Part shown: piece after piece, positions 51,455 to 53,789 of the stretch | How the letters are laid out: every line of letters begins with the position of its first letter | Numbering within the stretch: the stretch's first letter is position 1 | Source of the DNA: Limnobacter sp. | GTDB lineage: Bacteria > Pseudomonadota > Gammaproteobacteria > Burkholderiales > Burkholderiaceae_B | Direction: 5' to 3' | DNA length: 53,789 nt | Assembly (NCBI GenBank): GCA_036275655.1 | Contig: DASUDK010000103.1 | Location: 1-53,789 of the forward strand | Made by a program: the position numbers and the translations under genes | The notes under the pieces: generated by a model | Told to the model about the DNA's origin: nothing | Seen by the model: the letters and a program-made list of their open reading frames with translations, nothing else | The model's database searches: none

Positions 51455-51948
51455 GGTTGTTCCTTGTTCAGTTGGCTTTCTGCCCACTTGCGCATGTGAG
51501 CCCAGCGCAATTCGGCTGCGTTTTCCTTGTAGACCCTGACTGATGTATTGTGCTGCTGACCCCAACGTGTAGGCATCGGGCCACAAATCTCACCGTACAC
51601 CCATTCCCAGTCGTTAAACACCTCGTCGTTTTCAAAAACAATTTCCCGAACCATTGCCGGTGCAATACTAAAGGCGTTAGCAACTTGCTCCCAGTCTTCA
51701 GGGTCAATTTTTTCAAGATCAATTCCGCGTGATGCGCCAAGCACTCCCAGGGTGCAATACTCACCGCTTGATGTAACCAACGAATTGCCGATCAACGCTT
51801 TTTTTGGCATGGCATCCAATGCTGCAATCAGCTCTTTCAAGAAAGCCTGCCCGCGCTTGCCTTTGATTGCGCTGTTGACCGCACCGCGCCAGCAAATGTG
51901 TCGCCAATTATCCTCAATGTCGTCAACGTATCCGCTTCTGCTCATCAC
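51451..51948 (-). CDS. Hypothetical phage protein
   Basis: SRSGY...WRGAV.SAIKGKRGQAFLKEL...CTLG...ENDE...RW pattern. Confidence 0.8.
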   Translation of the reverse strand: MMSRSGYVDDIEDNWRHICWRGAVNSAIKGKRGQAFLKELIAALDAMPKKALIGNSLVTSSGEYCTLGVLGASRGIDLEKIDPEDWEQVANAFSIAPAMVREIVFENDEVFNDWEWVYGEICGPMPTRWGQQHNTSVRVYKENAAELRWAHMRKWAESQLNKEQP

Positions 51949-52520
51949 ACCCCCCCTTTGGCGGCTTCGGCTGCCTTCAATACCGCTCGCATTGGGTCGC
52001 GCAAACGATACGGCATAATGTAATCACGTTCTTTGTCCCATTCTAAAATCCAATGCAGCACGACTTCCATCTGCTCATTCACCGCAACAGTTTGGGTGTG
52101 TGATTCTAAGTGCTCGATGTATTTCTTCATCACGTCAGCTCGATGCATCCCAAGCTCCTGGAACGGCCATTTTCCCCGCTCCTGCACCCATTCGGTTTTC
52201 TCAAGCCATTCCGTGCAACACGCGCATTCGGCCACCGTCTCCTGCGCAACGGCTGGGGTGGGTTCTTCGGGCCTACAATTCCAACAAGATTGGTCCCGCT
52301 TGTCGCCAGTCCGCCAATTGTGCAGCCCTCGCACAACGCCAGTGTTGTTGCAGGTATTGCAAATCCTCGGCGCAACGGCTGGCGCCAGGGGAATGTGCCG
52401 CTCTGCAATGTCCGACACGGGTTTTAGGTAAACAGGAGTTGCCCCCTCAAACGGTTTTTTTGGGAAGGCCTGAAGCCCATACCCAAGCCAATAGTCAGGT
52501 TTTTGATCGCTGTCACTCAT
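51945..52520 (-). CDS. Hypothetical protein with zinc-finger-like segment
   Basis: CNTCNNTG...CWNC; WLEKTEWVQ...LGMHRADV. Confidence 0.65.
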   Translation of the reverse strand: MSDSDQKPDYWLGYGLQAFPKKPFEGATPVYLKPVSDIAERHIPLAPAVAPRICNTCNNTGVVRGLHNWRTGDKRDQSCWNCRPEEPTPAVAQETVAECACCTEWLEKTEWVQERGKWPFQELGMHRADVMKKYIEHLESHTQTVAVNEQMEVVLHWILEWDKERDYIMPYRLRDPMRAVLKAAEAAKGGV

Positions 52521-52572
52521 TTTGAAAAACACCCCTTTGCGTTGACATAGTTTTCCTCACTCCTTCGCCTAC

Positions 52573-52947
52573 TCATTGCTCACCACCCTCCACATCAAAC
52601 ATTCGTTCAAAAAGCTCGCGCACGGTATCTTCGGCCTTCTCAAGATTGCAGCTATCAATGTCTCGCATCAGTTGAATTATGAGCTCACGAAATTCACCGA
52701 AAACCGCCTCGACAAGATAGCCTCGCATGCGTCGGTCAATGGCTTCAATTCGCCCACACCAAGTGTCGTCCGATTTAATAACCGCGCTTGTTCGGAATAC
52801 AACATCCATGGTGCGTACGTACCCAACACCTGGATAATCCTCGTAGTCGATGGCAACATTCATTGACTCATCGAGCAGCCGGTTTGTGTGTAGCGATACA
52901 GCGTTTTGGGTGGTTTGGGCTCGGAGTTTTTTGGCAAATTCACTCAT
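52573..52947 (-). CDS. Hypothetical protein
   Basis: 124-aa ORF; start reassigned to MSEFAKKL. Confidence 0.65.
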   Translation of the reverse strand: MSEFAKKLRAQTTQNAVSLHTNRLLDESMNVAIDYEDYPGVGYVRTMDVVFRTSAVIKSDDTWCGRIEAIDRRMRGYLVEAVFGEFRELIIQLMRDIDSCNLEKAEDTVRELFERMFDVEGGEQ

Positions 52948-52955
52948 GGTGCAAC

Positions 52956-53105
52956 TCAAAAACAATTGCAGGTTTGATTCGTGCCACACACCGTGCAAGT
53001 GCACGTGACCATTTGCCCGCCCTGGAAGGTGGTCGTGGTGTAGGTGTAGCAGGCCCACGCTGCTGTGCTGGCGGCAAACAAGGCGATGGCAATAATTTTT
53101 TTCAT
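52956..53105 (-). CDS. Secreted 6-Cys micropeptide (49 aa; absent from the ORF track)
   Basis: GGAGA SD; MKKIIAIALFAASTAAWA signal peptide, then CYTYTTTTFQGGQMVTCTCTVCGTNQTCNCF. Confidence 0.8.
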   Translation of the reverse strand: MKKIIAIALFAASTAAWACYTYTTTTFQGGQMVTCTCTVCGTNQTCNCF

Positions 53106-53117
53106 GGCATTTCTCCG

Positions 53118-53228
53118 TTAAAAAGGTGCGTCGGGTAAAGGGGTTTCTGGCCGCGCTGGTGCTGTTGGGTTGTACTTCTTCCAGATTCGCTCCAAGCGGG
53201 CGATTAGTTGGGCTTCGGTTTCACGCAT
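53118..53228 (-). CDS. 36-aa micropeptide ending in DAPF (absent from the ORF track)
   Basis: GGGGGA SD; MRETEAQLIARLERIWKKYNPTAPARPETPLPDAPF fills the operon gap. Confidence 0.55.
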   Translation of the reverse strand: MRETEAQLIARLERIWKKYNPTAPARPETPLPDAPF

Positions 53229-53500
53229 TGCAATCCCCCATCAATTTCATATCCAGGGCAACCATCGCCCGCGTAATCAAAGCCCGTGCATTTGTCGCTT
53301 TGCTGGCACGGGCTGCCGCATTTGCCATTCATGGGAATGACTTTGTGCCCTTTGGCGTGCTCGCTGAAAAGGTGCTCAAGGAATTCACTGTTGCTGACTT
53401 TGCGCCCATTGTCAGTTGCACCGCTCCATTTGTTTGGCAATCGAGTGCTGTAATTCTTGATTGCGCCTTCAACATCCATGCACATGCTCATGCGTTTCAT
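53204..53500 (-). CDS. Hypothetical Cys-rich protein
   Basis: ATGA-coupled start; C-terminal CTGFDY...GCPG. Confidence 0.7.
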   Translation of the reverse strand: MKRMSMCMDVEGAIKNYSTRLPNKWSGATDNGRKVSNSEFLEHLFSEHAKGHKVIPMNGKCGSPCQQSDKCTGFDYAGDGCPGYEIDGGLQCVKPKPN

Positions 53501-53775
53501 TCTGTGCACCCCGCTTTGAGAAGGGCGGCGCGCAGCTCTTGAATGCACCAGAGCGCATCACCGGCGGGCGGGTTTTGATCGCACCAGGCAATTACCTTGC
53601 TTGCAGCTGCCAACAAATCCGGCAATGCGGCGACGGCGGTGGCGTTGGCAGACCTTTCCGAGCACTGAATATTACGAGGGCCGTAAACCTTAGCAATGGC
53701 TTTAAGTCCTCCGAATACAGTGTGCGAACCTTGGTACAGAACCCACGGCCCCGGCGTAATGTTTGGCATTTTCAT
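53497..53775 (-). CDS. Hypothetical phage early protein
   Basis: TPGPW...ANA...AALPDLLAA pattern common in phage early genes. Confidence 0.75.
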   Translation of the reverse strand: MKMPNITPGPWVLYQGSHTVFGGLKAIAKVYGPRNIQCSERSANATAVAALPDLLAAASKVIAWCDQNPPAGDALWCIQELRAALLKAGCTE

Positions 53776-53789
53776 GTCACACCCCCACA
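53649..53789. repeat. Terminal direct repeat, copy 2 (circular assembly overlap)
   Basis: Identical to 1-141. Confidence 0.95.

Overview
The window is a complete, circularly assembled genome (53,648 bp plus a 141-bp assembly overlap) of a podovirus-type dsDNA phage. Its P22-like portal, N4-gp56-type capsid, CsrA-like gene before the capsid and giant DarB-like protein resemble Bcep22-like phages; a betaproteobacterial host is inferred, not shown. Gene order: divergent control region with a Cro-like HTH; replication initiator with internal iterons, exonuclease and VRR-NUC; terminase; an inverted island (7.1-9.3 kb); portal, accessory virion genes, lysis cassette, scaffold, capsid, tail and ejection proteins; a 4,367-aa polyvalent protein; and a leftward early arm (SSB, Rad50-like ATPase, RecT-like, Cas4-like, small ORFs). 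No integrase, CI-type repressor, polymerase, canonical tRNA or CRISPR array was recognised. The most notable unexplained element is a ~560-nt minus-strand non-coding unit (about 9293 to 8731). It has a -10 box overlapped by a phage operator, back-to-back tRNA-like cloverleaf and hairpin modules, and a terminal anti-Shine-Dalgarno sRNA with a terminator. Other highlights are a late-promoter motif, a shared operator, Rmf-like and CsrA-like genes, a deletion scar of a C5 methyltransferase, and a secreted 6-Cys micropeptide. All family assignments come from motif recognition by eye; no searches were run.
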